DNA from: an uncultured delta proteobacterium
GTDB taxonomy: Bacteria > Desulfobacterota > Desulfobacteria > Desulfobacterales > QNYZ01
Assembly (NCBI GenBank): GCA_963845145.1
Contig: CAWJQU010000005.1
Location: 224,001 to 288,000, forward strand
Length of the DNA: 64,000 nucleotides
Direction: 5' to 3'
Shown here: piece after piece, positions 18,726 to 29,671 of the stretch
How the letters are laid out: the number at the start of each line of letters is the position of its first letter
Position numbering within the stretch: position 1 is the stretch's first letter
Translations under genes and position numbers: made by a program
Notes under the pieces: model-generated
Database searches by the model: none
What the model was told of the DNA's origin: nothing
Seen by the model: the letters and a program-made list of their open reading frames with translations, nothing else

Positions 18726-20501
18726 CAGTCTGTCCAGTAACCCCCAAATAAGAGGTTGAGCACTTTTAGCAAGAATCGAGTCAAGCGGTCGCTTTGATGA
18801 TAAAAATCGTGATACTATCTGGCGCAAGGGCTAAATCCAGTTATCAATAAGCCAATTTGTTCCTGCAAGCTGGATTTCCCTTAAGTACCGGGGCTATTAC
18901 GCCGGTGCAAGGTACAATTCAGAGAAAGATTTACCTCTGGATTTCAAATACAACCAGATTTTTCTTAAGTTGTGGGCTATCGATACCAACTTGAACTCTG
19001 CTTTTACTTTGGGATCTCCTCGCAACGAGAAGCTGATAAATCCCATAATTGATTTAATATGGCCAAAGGGTGGCTCTACTATATATTTGCGTTGTCCATA
19101 AATCGCCCTGCCGATCTCAGAGTCCAGCTTTTGGCGCATCTGATGTAGCTCTTTCTCATAAGGATGACGCGATATGCTGCGGCTGGTTTTACTGTTGGTG
19201 CAAATACCGAAAAACTGACATCTATGGCAGTTACGTCCCCGGTAGATTCTCAGCGACTGCTTGCCCTTACGTTGTTGCCGATGAGAAAAAAGAAGCTTCT
19301 CGCCTTCTACACAGATGTAACAATCAAGTTTTTCATCATACACAAAGCTGTCTTTGTGAAAATCATCCACGATTTTACCGCGCTGTTGGGCCTGATACTC
19401 GCGGTCCGGAATGTAGGCATCGGTTTCGCGTTCTTGCAAGGCTTTAAGATTTTCTCCGGAACTGTACCCGGCATCGGCGCTGCACTCAGTGATATCCTCC
19501 GATAGGGTCTGCTCAGCCTGCTCGATCATCGGCAGCAGTTGCTCGTATCAGAAGCATCATTGGTCACGTCGGCGGCAACAATCACTTGGTGAGCCGAGTC
19601 TACCACCGTCTGGGCATTGTATGACGTCTTGATACCGGCTTTGGTTTTCATAAACATGGCGTCAGGATCGGTCATATTGATTTTCTCACGATCGCCTTGC
19701 TCCAACTTCTTTTTCAACTCCTTGAGTCGTTGCAGCCGCTGTTTTTGATTGCGGATCTCTTCCGGAATCTCCTCGCCGGTTTTGTCCGGGCCGAAGTGAT
19801 TGTCTTCTTCTTGATCGTTATCTTGCGCTTGGTCCAGCCAGCGGCCGATCTCTCGCTCGATCCTTCGCCTATCATAGGTTTTCGCATCTGAGGCGTTGGC
19901 CTTGATCTTGGTGCCATCGATCGATACATGGCCCAATTTGACCATGCCCAGTTGACGGCATAAAAGCACAATCTGGGCAAACAGCAGCCCTAGTTCTTCG
20001 AGGTTGTTTTTGCGAAAATCGCTAATCGTCCTGAAATCCGGCTTTTGCCAGGCCGCAAGAAAAATGAATCCAATGTTCTCCTTTAAAGCCTCGGCAATCT
20101 TGCGGGAACTGAAGATCCCCTTGGCATACGCATAGAACAGAATTTTTATCATCATCGCCGGATGATAGGGCGGGTTACCTTCATTAGCGACCTTTTTGTA
20201 AAGACATGATAGATCCAGGGTGTCAATCACGTCATTAACGACAAGGCAAAGGTGATCATCTTCAATTAAGCTGCGAATACTGGGGGGAAGCAATTGCATC
20301 TGGTACTGGTTGTATGGCCTCACATTGCGTGGACAAAGAATCTTCAAGATCATCTCCTCCTGACTTTTGTCAGAAGAAATATGCCATATTTAAAGAATTA
20401 TAACAATAGGTTAATACTTATTTTAACTATGATTTTCGATCTATTTGAACAATATCGGTCTTATTTGAAACTTGGCCTGAATCGGGTTGTCGGACAGGCT
20501 C
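18726..20501 (-). mobile_element. IS1182-family element
   Basis: Imperfect TIRs CAGTCTGTCCAGTAACCC / GGGTTGTCGGACAGGCTC; 4-bp TSD GCAA at 18722-18725 and 20502-20505. Confidence 0.85.
18897..20353 (-). CDS. IS1182 DDE transposase (1-bp frameshift near 19545)
   Basis: PPYHPAMM, PDFRTISDFR, IDGTKIKANAS, YNAQ, ADAGY, VEPPFGHIK. Confidence 0.9.
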
Positions 20502-21019
20502 GCAACAATGGATTTGTGAATGTCTGCTTTTGAAGCTAAGTCCTTAACATCTTCTAACTTGCAAGTATTACGGGCCGGATGACTTTTCCATAATTGGCCT
20601 GGTATCAGGGATTCCTCGGCCAGCTCATCCGCTTCATTCTCCATTTCATTTTGAGGCTCTCTTAAATCCAGGTCATCTACAATACATTGACCATCCTTTA
20701 ATCCACTTGAATTTTAGGATCAAACCCTTTGATCCATAACAAACCTAATGGCCTCAATAGGCGTTGGAGGAGGAACGGGATGGTTTTCTTTTTCGTATAC
20801 CCTAACCAATGTGAGCAAGACATCAAGTTCATCCCCTTCGGGAGTACTTGACTCGGCACCCCAGAGGGTTTCAATGCGCTTAATAGCCTCATCGTATGCC
20901 TGCCCTGAATTAACAGGGCGGATATTCATGCTGCACCTCCGAAGGATTAATTTTGTCATAGTCTTTATATAGGCGATTAATTTATGTGGGACAATATTGG
21001 TAAACAGGCTCAAAAGAAC

Positions 21020-21054
21020 AAAGGCTTACAGCGATAAAATATCTGTAAGCCTTT
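21020..21054 (-). terminator. Hairpin downstream of tRNA-Leu
   Basis: AAAGGCTTACAG / CTGTAAGCCTTT. Confidence 0.6.
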
Positions 21055-21064
21055 GATATTATTA

Positions 21065-21152
21065 TGGTGCCGGAGGAGAGACTTGAACTCTCAAGGGCAC
21101 AAGGCCCGGAGGATTTTGAGTCCTCTGCGTCTACCAATTTCACCACTCCGGC
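21065..21152 (-). tRNA. tRNA-Leu(CAA)
   Basis: 88 nt; GAGGA-CTCAAAA-TCCTC anticodon arm; long variable arm; GTTCAAGTC; CCA end. Confidence 0.97.
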
Positions 21153-21241
21153 TTAGGATCGGTCAATTTATAGGCAACCAATGACCGATTGTCAATATGA
21201 AGAGGTCACGTGAAGTAAATTTTTCCCTCTTCTTTATTTTT

Positions 21242-21361
21242 GCCACAGACCCACACAGACCCACGCAGACAAAAAAGCCTGGTTTTTCAACCAAATTCGT
21301 TTTACCAAATATTTTTTACCGGGTCTGTGCCAGTCAGTGTGGGTCCGTGTGCGTCTGTGGC
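21242..21361. repeat. Inverted array of ~10-bp repeats
   Basis: GCCACAGACCCACACAGACCCACGCAGAC ... GTGTGGGTCCGTGTGCGTCTGTGGC. Confidence 0.75.
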
Positions 21362-21364
21362 CAA

Positions 21365-22004
21365 TCAGGACCTTACAATATCTGCTGCTGCTATCCTTCC
21401 CTCTCTTAAAATCACCGGTTCACCGGTTACGTCCACCACGGTCGAGGCGCTACCGCCGGAAAGGCGGCCGGCATCTAAAACAAGATCGACACGATTGATG
21501 ATTTCAGGCGGCATGGCATCGATAGCCACACACCCGGGTTGCCCGGCGAGGTTGGCACTGGTCGCGGTAATAGGAAAGTCCGCAACGTCAACCAATGCGT
21601 CGGCTACGGGGTGGGCCGGCAGGCGCACCCCGATTTTGCCGGTGCCGGCGGTCAGATTGGGGGGGAGGGTTTGCACCGCCTCGAAAATCAGTGTCAAACC
21701 ACCCGGCCAGTGTCGATCCATAAGATCTGTCGCAACGGGCGGTACAGATGATACCCATCGGTTCAATTGCGCCCTGTTTCGAACCAGAACCAGGATCGGT
21801 TTTAACGTGGACCGCTGCTTGATATCGAAAGATGCGATCGATCGCCGTCGCATTGGTGGCGTCGGCACCCAGCCCGTATAACCCGGTTGTTGGAAATACG
21901 ATGACCCCACCCGTTTGCATGATTTGCACGGCCTCTTGAATCAGGGCCGGGTCCGGTCGGGCGACATCGATTGGGCGAATCTTAACCGGCTTTTTATCTG
22001 GCAT
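21365..22004 (-). CDS. tsaC: L-threonylcarbamoyladenylate synthase (+1 frameshift at ~21829)
   Basis: VFPTTGLYGLG, K.R...KP, WPGGLT, TSANLAG, STVVD. Confidence 0.9.
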
Positions 22005-22044
22005 TTTTATCCGGCATTTCTATCTGGCATTTTTATTTGGCATT
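21992..22044. repeat. Four 13-bp tandem repeats at the purE/tsaC junction
   Basis: (TTTTATCTGGCAT)x4 with variants. Confidence 0.8.
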
Positions 22045-22560
22045 TTCTATCTTGTGGGCTTTTTCCTCGACCTCGGCGGCCATCTTGTCTTTAAATCCGG
22101 CCAGTTTTTCGGCCAAAGCCGTATCGGAAAGAGCGATCATCTGGGCGGCGAAGATACCGGCATTTTTTGCACCGGACTTGCCGATGGCCATGGTTGCCAC
22201 GGGTATCCCCGGCGGCATTTGAACGGTGGCCAAAAGGGCGTCCCACCCTTTCAGGCAGGAAGAGTCGATGGGTACCCCGATAATGGGCAGGGTTGTATGG
22301 GCGGCCAGAACACCGGCCAGATGGGCGGCATGCCCGGCACCGGCGATGATCGCTTTTAGCCCACGTTCTTTGGCTGTGGCGGCAAACTCAGCGGCCCGGG
22401 CAGGGCTGCGGTGGGCGGAGGCCACGGTCATTTCATAGGGGATGCCGAATGATTTCAAGGCATCCGCAGCCGCCTGCATGACGGCCAAATCCGAATCGCT
22501 GCCCATCACAATACCCACTTTAGGCGTATTGTCAGCAGTTGTTGCACTGGGGGATGTCAT
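22033..22560 (-). CDS. purE: N5-CAIR mutase
   Basis: MGSDSD, SAHR, AGHAAHLAG, QMPPGIPVAT. Confidence 0.95.
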   Translation of the reverse strand: MTSPSATTADNTPKVGIVMGSDSDLAVMQAAADALKSFGIPYEMTVASAHRSPARAAEFAATAKERGLKAIIAGAGHAAHLAGVLAAHTTLPIIGVPIDSSCLKGWDALLATVQMPPGIPVATMAIGKSGAKNAGIFAAQMIALSDTALAEKLAGFKDKMAAEVEEKAHKIENAK

Positions 22561-22643
22561 CTTTTTACTTTCCTCCTTGTCAGTTTCAAATTCCAATTAA
22601 AAAGTTAGGTTTGAACCAATTACACTCGAACCGGGACTACCTG

Positions 22644-23591
22644 TTATTGTCGCCCGGTTTCATGATCTTCAAGGGCCAGCTCGATCAACCGATCCATCAG
22701 CTTCCCAAAGGGGTAGCCGCCCTTGGCCGCGGCCTGGGGTAACAGACTGGTGGCGGTCATGCCGGGAATCGTATTGGTTTCCAGGACGTAAATCGTTTGA
22801 TCGGATAAGATCATATCCGTTCGGCTGTAGCCCCGGCAAAACAGCGCCCGGTGGGCCATTATGGCCTGGTGCTGGGCCTTTTCAGTCAAGGCGGCGTCGA
22901 TACGCGCGGGGCAGATCTCTTCGGTAACCCCGGCGGTGTATTTGGCCTCATAATCAAAAAATTCATGGGATTGATCCGGTACAATTTCAATCAAAGGAAA
23001 AGCCTCCAGCTCGTCATTACCCATGACCCCACCGGTAATTTCCACCCCTTCGATATACGCCTCGGCCAAAATGACGGGGCCTTGTAAAAAAGCCTTGTTG
23101 ATCGCGGCTTCAATATCTTCCGCCTTGCGGACAATGGACATACCGATACTGGACCCGTCCCGGGCGGGTTTGACCACCATGGGCAATCCCAGACGACGGG
23201 CCAGATCCGCCGAATCTACGTTGTCACCCCGATTGAAAACCACATAGGCGGGCGTCGGCAAGCCCGCTTTTTCAAAGAGTTGTTTGGACAATACCTTGTC
23301 CATGGCCACGGCGCTGCCCAGAACCCCCGAACCCTGGTAAGGAATCTGCAATAAATCGAGCATACCCTGAACAGTGCCATCCTCACCAAAGGGGCCATGC
23401 AGAATAATCAGGGCGGCATCGATCTTGGGCGCGTCGGTGGTCAGTTTGGCCAGGTCCGTCTTGGGATCGTACCGTATTACATCGTACTTTTCTTTATCGA
23501 GGGCCTCATACACCTGGGCGCCGCTATTTAAGGAGACTTCCCTTTCAGGAGATATGCCTCCCGATAGCAAGGCAATGGTTTTTTTACGCAT
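22644..23591 (-). CDS. ddl: D-alanine--D-alanine ligase
   Basis: GGISPEREVSL, LHGPFGEDG, GSSIG, FDYEAKY, ETNTIPGMT. Confidence 0.95.
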   Translation of the reverse strand: MRKKTIALLSGGISPEREVSLNSGAQVYEALDKEKYDVIRYDPKTDLAKLTTDAPKIDAALIILHGPFGEDGTVQGMLDLLQIPYQGSGVLGSAVAMDKVLSKQLFEKAGLPTPAYVVFNRGDNVDSADLARRLGLPMVVKPARDGSSIGMSIVRKAEDIEAAINKAFLQGPVILAEAYIEGVEITGGVMGNDELEAFPLIEIVPDQSHEFFDYEAKYTAGVTEEICPARIDAALTEKAQHQAIMAHRALFCRGYSRTDMILSDQTIYVLETNTIPGMTATSLLPQAAAKGGYPFGKLMDRLIELALEDHETGRQ

Positions 23592-23639
23592 GCGCTTTCT
23601 CCCCTTTTTGATATTGGTAAAACCGCCTGGCAATCAGCG

Positions 23640-24116
23640 CTATTTGTTGATAATGCGATCTTTTAAGGTCTTAAATTCTTCCATCGAAATCAAGTCATCT
23701 TCATATAACCTGGCCAACTCGGACAGCTTGCGTATCCGCATGGTTTCGGGGTCTTCCAGTTGCCGGGCGGATTCGATATGATGGGTATCGAGCGCTTCGT
23801 GACGGTTGTTTCCACCCATTCGAAATGACGCCAGCCCGCCTAAAAAACTGACTTCAACGGTTTGGCCCTTAAATGCGGAGGTGTTCAAGATATCCTTTAA
23901 TTGCCGGCCCTGTTGCTTCATCCGCCGGTAAAAAAAGTACCCGGTGACGATAAGCACACCTGAAAACCCCAGAAATACCCATAAAGCATAGCGGACCAGG
24001 CCACCGAAGAAAATAACCAGCAAACCCATGGCGGCGATCAAGAGGATATGTAGGATCAGGATCAGATAGGCGGTTGTGACGCCTTTATAAAGGCCCTGAG
24101 ATTGATTCTTTTTCAT
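23640..24116 (-). CDS. Membrane protein with C-terminal SHOCT-like domain
   Basis: Two TM segments; LARLYEDDLISMEEF. Confidence 0.65.
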   Translation of the reverse strand: MKKNQSQGLYKGVTTAYLILILHILLIAAMGLLVIFFGGLVRYALWVFLGFSGVLIVTGYFFYRRMKQQGRQLKDILNTSAFKGQTVEVSFLGGLASFRMGGNNRHEALDTHHIESARQLEDPETMRIRKLSELARLYEDDLISMEEFKTLKDRIINK

Positions 24117-24305
24117 GATTCATCAAATATTTTAAAACAATGCCGGGCTCATACCAGTAAGGTTCACACCATCAGGGTTCACACCCGTAGTCGGAATCGA
24201 GATGATCAATGGTATTTCACCGACTTTGCGGCCACTTTTTAAAAGCTTCACCCCGGCAAAGCAATAAGCGGTTGCGGCGGGGTATTCTCCTTAAACCTTT
24301 AGTAC

Positions 24306-25076
24306 CTATATTGGGTGGGATTGTAAATACCACTGATTGAAGCCGGCGGGATCATCGACAATAACCCCGTCGACATCCATTTGAAGGGAATGCTGGTATT
24401 CTCGTTCGGTGTTGACATTATACGGAAAAACAAAAATGCCTGCGGCGTGACATTGCGCCACGAGCGTCTTGTCCAGGCAGCGATAATTCGGGTGGAATGA
24501 AAACACCTTCAGTTCCCGGCAAAAATCAACGGTTTTCATCCCATCTGCCGTCCTGGAAATGAAGGCTATCGGCGGTGAGTCTTCGAATTGAGAGATGTTT
24601 TTGATCATCTTGGCATCAAAACTTGAGACAAGTACGGATGAACCCGCATCTTCGCCACGGATCAGATCCATGACTGCCGTCTCAATTTCACCTTCAACAT
24701 GACGATCTGCGTAGAATGCGGATTTAATTTCGATGTTGATCATGACCCGTTGGGCCATTGCCCGAAGAACCTCTTTCAAAGTCGGTATCCGCTCATCGGC
24801 AAATCGGGCATGAAACCAGGATCCCGCGTCCATTTTTTTGATCTCGGCCAGGGTATAATCGCCCACAACACCTTTGGCGTTTGTCGTTCGGTTCACCTTA
24901 TCATCGTGGATGACGACCAATTCATGATCTTTGGTGAAGTGAACATCCAGTTCGATCATTTTAGCACCGGCCTTCACGGCGGCGTCAAAGGCAACCATAG
25001 TATTTTCCGGGTATTGGGTTCGAAAGCCGCGATGGCCGACAACAAGCGGACGATTAAATTTTAATGGTAAAGACAT
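24306..25076 (-). CDS. ugpQ: Glycerophosphodiester phosphodiesterase
   Basis: GHRG, PENT, IELDV; last gene of the ugp operon. Confidence 0.9.
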   Translation of the reverse strand: MSLPLKFNRPLVVGHRGFRTQYPENTMVAFDAAVKAGAKMIELDVHFTKDHELVVIHDDKVNRTTNAKGVVGDYTLAEIKKMDAGSWFHARFADERIPTLKEVLRAMAQRVMINIEIKSAFYADRHVEGEIETAVMDLIRGEDAGSSVLVSSFDAKMIKNISQFEDSPPIAFISRTADGMKTVDFCRELKVFSFHPNYRCLDKTLVAQCHAAGIFVFPYNVNTEREYQHSLQMDVDGVIVDDPAGFNQWYLQSHPI

Positions 25077-25108
25077 TGTAAAATTCCTCGATTAAATAAC
25101 AAAGCGGC

Positions 25109-26227
25109 TCAATCCTTAATGCTCTGGCCGGATTCACGGTCAAACACATGGATTTTCTCAGGTGCAATGGATAACGATAATTTCATATTCCGAGCATAAT
25201 TATGGATGTCCGGCAGACGAAGCGTTATGAGGTGTTTATCGCCCGGGAAGCTGCCATGCACCAGGGTATCGGCCCCCAAGATCTCCGTATATTCAACCAC
25301 GAATTGCATCGTACCTGACCTATCTTCGGTAACCTCAAAGTGTTCAGGCCGAATGCCGATAGTCACTTTTTCGCCCTTGTGGTCTACCATAGCCTTATTG
25401 TTTAAAGACGGGTCGGTATTGTTTAAAGACGGATCGGTTAAGGAGAGCCGGATGTGATCATGTATTTCTGCTTGTTGCCCATCGCTGCTGATACGCGCGT
25501 CAAGAAAATTCATGGACGGTGATCCGATAAAACCGGCCACAAACTTGGTGGCCGGCTTTTCATATACGTCCAAGGGAGTGCCGATCTGCTCGGCATAGCC
25601 ATCGTTGATAACGATTAACCGATCTCCCAATGTCATGGCCTCTACCTGATCGTGGGTCACATAAATGCTGGTAACTTTTAATCTCTCGTGCAGGTTCCGC
25701 AACTCAAGTCGCATCTGCACCCGTAGCTTGGCATCCAGATTGCTCAAAGGCTCATCAAAAAGAAAGACCTTGGGTTCCCGGACAATACAGCGACCCATGG
25801 CGACGCGCTGGCGTTGTCCGCCCGAAAGTTGTTTGGGTTTACGATCCAGAAAATCGGTCAATTCTAAAATCTCGGCTGCTGCTTGAACCCTTTTTTCGAT
25901 TTCAGCTTTAGGCATTCGGCGAATTTTAAGCCCATAAGCCATGTTTTTAAATACACTCATGTGGGGGTAAAGTGCATAATTCTGAAACACCATGGCAATA
26001 TCGCGGTCAGCCGGCTCTAACCGATTGACGATTTTATCATCAATGGCGACATCACCTTTGGTAATCGTTTCAAGTCCGGCGATCATTCTCAGTACCGTTG
26101 ATTTTCCACACCCGGAAGGTCCGAGAAGGACAATAAATTCACCGTCATCAATATCGCAACTGATTCCGTGGATGACTTCGGTTGGTCCAAATGATTTATA
26201 AACATCCTTCAGGCTCACATTCGACAT
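25109..26227 (-). CDS. ugpC: sn-glycerol-3-phosphate ABC ATPase
   Basis: GPSGCGKS, LSGGQRQR, DEPLSNLD; carries a 21-bp duplication (TDPSLNN)x2. Confidence 0.92.
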   Translation of the reverse strand: MSNVSLKDVYKSFGPTEVIHGISCDIDDGEFIVLLGPSGCGKSTVLRMIAGLETITKGDVAIDDKIVNRLEPADRDIAMVFQNYALYPHMSVFKNMAYGLKIRRMPKAEIEKRVQAAAEILELTDFLDRKPKQLSGGQRQRVAMGRCIVREPKVFLFDEPLSNLDAKLRVQMRLELRNLHERLKVTSIYVTHDQVEAMTLGDRLIVINDGYAEQIGTPLDVYEKPATKFVAGFIGSPSMNFLDARISSDGQQAEIHDHIRLSLTDPSLNNTDPSLNNKAMVDHKGEKVTIGIRPEHFEVTEDRSGTMQFVVEYTEILGADTLVHGSFPGDKHLITLRLPDIHNYARNMKLSLSIAPEKIHVFDRESGQSIKD

Positions 26228-26240
26228 CGTTCAAATATCC

Positions 26241-27083
26241 CTATTTTTCGGTTTCAGTCATACCGCGCACAAACTGTTTTTGCATGAGAATAACCACCAA
26301 CACCGGCGGTATCATGGCCAACATGGCCGATGCCATGATGATATTCCATTCAGCCTGCCCTTCACCCACATCCAGCATTCTCTTAATACCGATGAGAAGT
26401 GTATAATAGCTTTCATCCGTGGTAACCAAGAGCGGCCAGAGATATTGGTTCCATCCATAGATAAACAAAATAACGAACATGGCCGCGATAGAGGTGCGCG
26501 ACATAGGTAGCAAGATATCAAAAAAAAACCGAATGGGGCCGGCCCCGTCAATCCTGGCGGCTTCGCATAACTCGTCCGGAACGGTCATAAAGAACTGTCG
26601 AAATAAAAAGGTGGCCGTGGCCGATGCAATCAGAGGCAGGATCAAGCCTGAATATGAATCGAGTAACTTTAGATCGGCGGCCACTTTATAGGTTGGCAAA
26701 ATGCGCACCTCGACAGGCAACATCAAAGTGATAAAAATAAGCCAGAAAAAGAACAGCCTGAAACGAAATTTAAAGTAGACGATGGCATAAGCGGCGAGAA
26801 GTGAAATAAAAATTTTTCCAAAGGTAATACCCAGCGCCATGATCATGCTGTTAAACATCATTGTGCCGACGGTCGCACCCACATCTCGTGGTCCTACGGC
26901 AAGTGCCCGGCTGTAATTCTCGATAAGGTGGCCACCCGGCAGGAGGGGAAAGGATGAAGTAATGGCTTCCAATGTATGGGTTGACGCGACAAAGGTGATG
27001 TAGATGGGAAAAGCAATGACCAAACAGCCGATAATCAAGACGGCATGGGTCAAAAAGGTAAGTAAAGGGCGATGCTCGACCAT
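26241..27083 (-). CDS. ugpE: G3P ABC permease
   Basis: TLMLPVEVRILPT, EAARIDGAG, WNQYLWPL. Confidence 0.92.
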   Translation of the reverse strand: MVEHRPLLTFLTHAVLIIGCLVIAFPIYITFVASTHTLEAITSSFPLLPGGHLIENYSRALAVGPRDVGATVGTMMFNSMIMALGITFGKIFISLLAAYAIVYFKFRFRLFFFWLIFITLMLPVEVRILPTYKVAADLKLLDSYSGLILPLIASATATFLFRQFFMTVPDELCEAARIDGAGPIRFFFDILLPMSRTSIAAMFVILFIYGWNQYLWPLLVTTDESYYTLLIGIKRMLDVGEGQAEWNIIMASAMLAMIPPVLVVILMQKQFVRGMTETEK

Positions 27084-27964
27084 TAGTAGTGCACCTTTCT
27101 CTCAATATAGCGAAACTGAAAAACGGTCAGCGAAATAACAACGATCATCAAGATAACCGATTGCGCCGCCGATCCCCCCTGATCCAAACCCAGGACCCCA
27201 TCATGATATACTTTAAAAACCAGAATATTGGTGGCGCCGTTCGGTCCGCCTTCGGTGATGGCGTGAATCACGCCAAAGGTGTCGAAAAAGGCGTAGACAA
27301 TGTTCATCACGATTAAAAAGAAGGCTGTCGGCGATAATAGCGGAAAGGCGATGGTCCAAAACCGTTTGGCCGGCGAGGCGCCATCAATCGCCGCTGCTTC
27401 GATAAAGGATTTGGGAATGGCCTGCAATCCGGCCAAAAAGAAGAGAAAATTATACGAAATTTCTCGCCAGGCCGCAGCGGTGATAACCAGAATCATAGCC
27501 TGAGTACCATTTAAGGAATGGTCCCACGCAATCCCAACCATTTGCAGGAAAAAAGCGATCATGCCAACGGTTGGATTAAAAAGAAAATACCACAGCACAG
27601 CGGCAACCACAGGCGCTACGGCGTATGGCCAAATAATCAGCGTTTTATAAGTTGTGGCTCCTCGAAGGGCGCGATCAGCCATAACGGCCAGCAGAAGGGC
27701 CGTAATCATCGCTATAGCGGCCACCGAAAGACTGAAAATGGTGGTTACGTAAATCGAGTTAAGATAGATATCATCGCTGAAAATATCAACGAAATTGGCC
27801 AAGCCGACAAAGGTCGACGAAAGCCCAAACGCATCTTCTTGTAAAACCGACTGATATAGCGCCTGTGAGGCCGGCCAGATAAAAAAAATGAGGGTGATAA
27901 TAATTTGGGGCGCAACCAGCAGATAGGGAAGAAACCGATGCTTGAAAATGACACGTTTTTCCAT
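27083..27964 (-). CDS. ugpA: G3P ABC permease
   Basis: [22 protein letters not shown]. Confidence 0.92.
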   Translation of the reverse strand: MEKRVIFKHRFLPYLLVAPQIIITLIFFIWPASQALYQSVLQEDAFGLSSTFVGLANFVDIFSDDIYLNSIYVTTIFSLSVAAIAMITALLLAVMADRALRGATTYKTLIIWPYAVAPVVAAVLWYFLFNPTVGMIAFFLQMVGIAWDHSLNGTQAMILVITAAAWREISYNFLFFLAGLQAIPKSFIEAAAIDGASPAKRFWTIAFPLLSPTAFFLIVMNIVYAFFDTFGVIHAITEGGPNGATNILVFKVYHDGVLGLDQGGSAAQSVILMIVVISLTVFQFRYIERKVHY

Positions 27965-28039
27965 AACAATGGCTCTCTTTTATGAAATTTGCTGAGCCCA
28001 TTAAAAAAATGACATGGGCTCAGCCTGAAAAAGAGGTGG

Positions 28040-29359
28040 CTATTTACTGGTCTTTTCAAACTTTCGCAATAATTTGTTACCAGCCGCCACGGCTTCGTCC
28101 AAGCCTTGCTGGGCGGTTTTCTTGCCGGCAAAGATGGCTTCCAAAACGTCATAAACAACGCTTCGCATCTGGACAAAATTACCAAACCGCAACCCCTTGG
28201 AATTTTCGGTCGGTTCGTTTAGGGTCATCTGTATTAAAGCGGTTTCCATCCCCGGGTTTTCTTTGTAAAAGCCCTGACTCTTTTTTAACTCATAAGCACC
28301 CAGAGTAATCGGTAAATACCCTGTAAATTCATGCCAGTCGGCCTGAACCTCAGGCTTGGCAAGATAGTTAAAAAATGCCGCCACGCCCTTGTACTCTTCT
28401 GCGGGGTGACCCTCCAGGACCCATAGGCTGGCGCCGCCGATGATGGTGTTTTGGGGGGCACCTTTCACATCCGGCCAATAGGGGAGCATGCTGGTCCCAA
28501 AGTCGAATTTGCAGGTTTTTTTAAAGCCCGCATAACCGGCGGAAGATTCCGTATACATGGCAACTTCTTCCGATGAAAATTTAGCATTGCCTATGTTGCG
28601 TCGCCCGCCATAGACAAAAACATTCTCTTTCTGCCAATCAGCCAGCTGTTGGATGTGTTTTACGTGCAGTGGGCTGTTTATGGTGAATTCCGTGTCCATT
28701 CCGTCAAAGCCATTCGCTTTGGTCCCGATGGGCAAGTTGTGCCAGGCACTGAAATTCTCAAGATGGATCCATGAGATCCAGGCGGTTGAAAAACCGGACT
28801 TGTAACCGGCTTTCACAAGTTTTTTTGAATATTCAGCCACTTCGGGCCAGGTTTTGGGTGGTTTGTTGGGATCGAGCCCTGCTTTTTTGAACGCATCTTT
28901 ATTGTAATAAAGAACAGGGGTCGAACTGTTGAAGGGCATGGAGAGCATCTTACCGTCCGCGCTCGTGTAATACCCGGCGACTGTGGGCAGATAAACTTTT
29001 GGGTCAAAAGGCAGCCCCGACTCGGCCATTACTTCGTAAACCGGCTTTATGGCCCCTTTTGCGGCCATCATACTGGCGGTTCCCACCTCAAAAACCTGGA
29101 GAATATGGGGGGGATTTTTTGCACGAAAGGCAGCAATGCCGGCGGTCATGGTATCGGCATAATTACCTTTATAGGACGCAACCAGCTTATACATGCTCTG
29201 TGATTGGTTAAACTCAGCGGCAATCGAATTGACTTTCTCGCCCAGCCGTCCGCCATGCGCATGCCACCAGTTAACCGTGATCGGTTCTGCCATGGCGCTC
29301 GCTGGAAATATTAAGAGAACGACAAAAACAGCGGCCAAAAACCAACGATTCAGTTTCAT
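28040..29359 (-). CDS. ugpB: G3P-binding periplasmic protein
   Basis: QVFEVGTA, MPFNSSTP, IGGASLW, KGLRFGN. Confidence 0.92.
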   Translation of the reverse strand: MKLNRWFLAAVFVVLLIFPASAMAEPITVNWWHAHGGRLGEKVNSIAAEFNQSQSMYKLVASYKGNYADTMTAGIAAFRAKNPPHILQVFEVGTASMMAAKGAIKPVYEVMAESGLPFDPKVYLPTVAGYYTSADGKMLSMPFNSSTPVLYYNKDAFKKAGLDPNKPPKTWPEVAEYSKKLVKAGYKSGFSTAWISWIHLENFSAWHNLPIGTKANGFDGMDTEFTINSPLHVKHIQQLADWQKENVFVYGGRRNIGNAKFSSEEVAMYTESSAGYAGFKKTCKFDFGTSMLPYWPDVKGAPQNTIIGGASLWVLEGHPAEEYKGVAAFFNYLAKPEVQADWHEFTGYLPITLGAYELKKSQGFYKENPGMETALIQMTLNEPTENSKGLRFGNFVQMRSVVYDVLEAIFAGKKTAQQGLDEAVAAGNKLLRKFEKTSK

Positions 29360-29671
29360 AATGGGATTCTCCCTTCTCAATTGATTTATTTTTTATTTGG
29401 GGGATAAGAAATTACCGGTTGTCCAGGTTCACCTCCTTTCATATTGCATGAAAAAGGCTAAAGATTAAATTCGAAGTTAGATTCGTACATAATCCATTGT
29501 TTTCAGGTTAGTGAAGATTAAATTTATAGTCAAGAAATAAGCATGGCCCGGTTCTAAAACGACTGCCATATTTTACCCGATGAATTGACCTTGGGCCGGC
29601 ATATAGATATACAAATGTTAGGGTGTAGAATCCGTTAACCTGATAGTGTCCATTAATAAATAGGATTAGTC

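Larger units (their letters stand above)
18634..20929 (-). pseudogene. HigA-like HTH / ImmA-IrrE-type protein, internally deleted and IS1182-interrupted
   Basis: TPEGDELDVL..YE..PIEAIRFVMDQ; VDDLDL..ENEADELA..IVA|GRIRYERNNYRIL across the IS. Confidence 0.7.

Noticed and set aside
19526..19550. Programmed frameshift in the IS1182 transposase
   Set aside because: No slippery motif is visible; a one-base loss or sequencing error is the simpler explanation.
21365..22004. tsaC as a true pseudogene or programmed frameshift
   Set aside because: It is a single extra base in a short homopolymer of a normally essential gene; other single-base indels in the window point to sequencing error.
24140..24260. 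Structured ncRNA between TGCCGGG/CCCGGCA
   Set aside because: Only a 7-bp closing stem; no family motif recognised.
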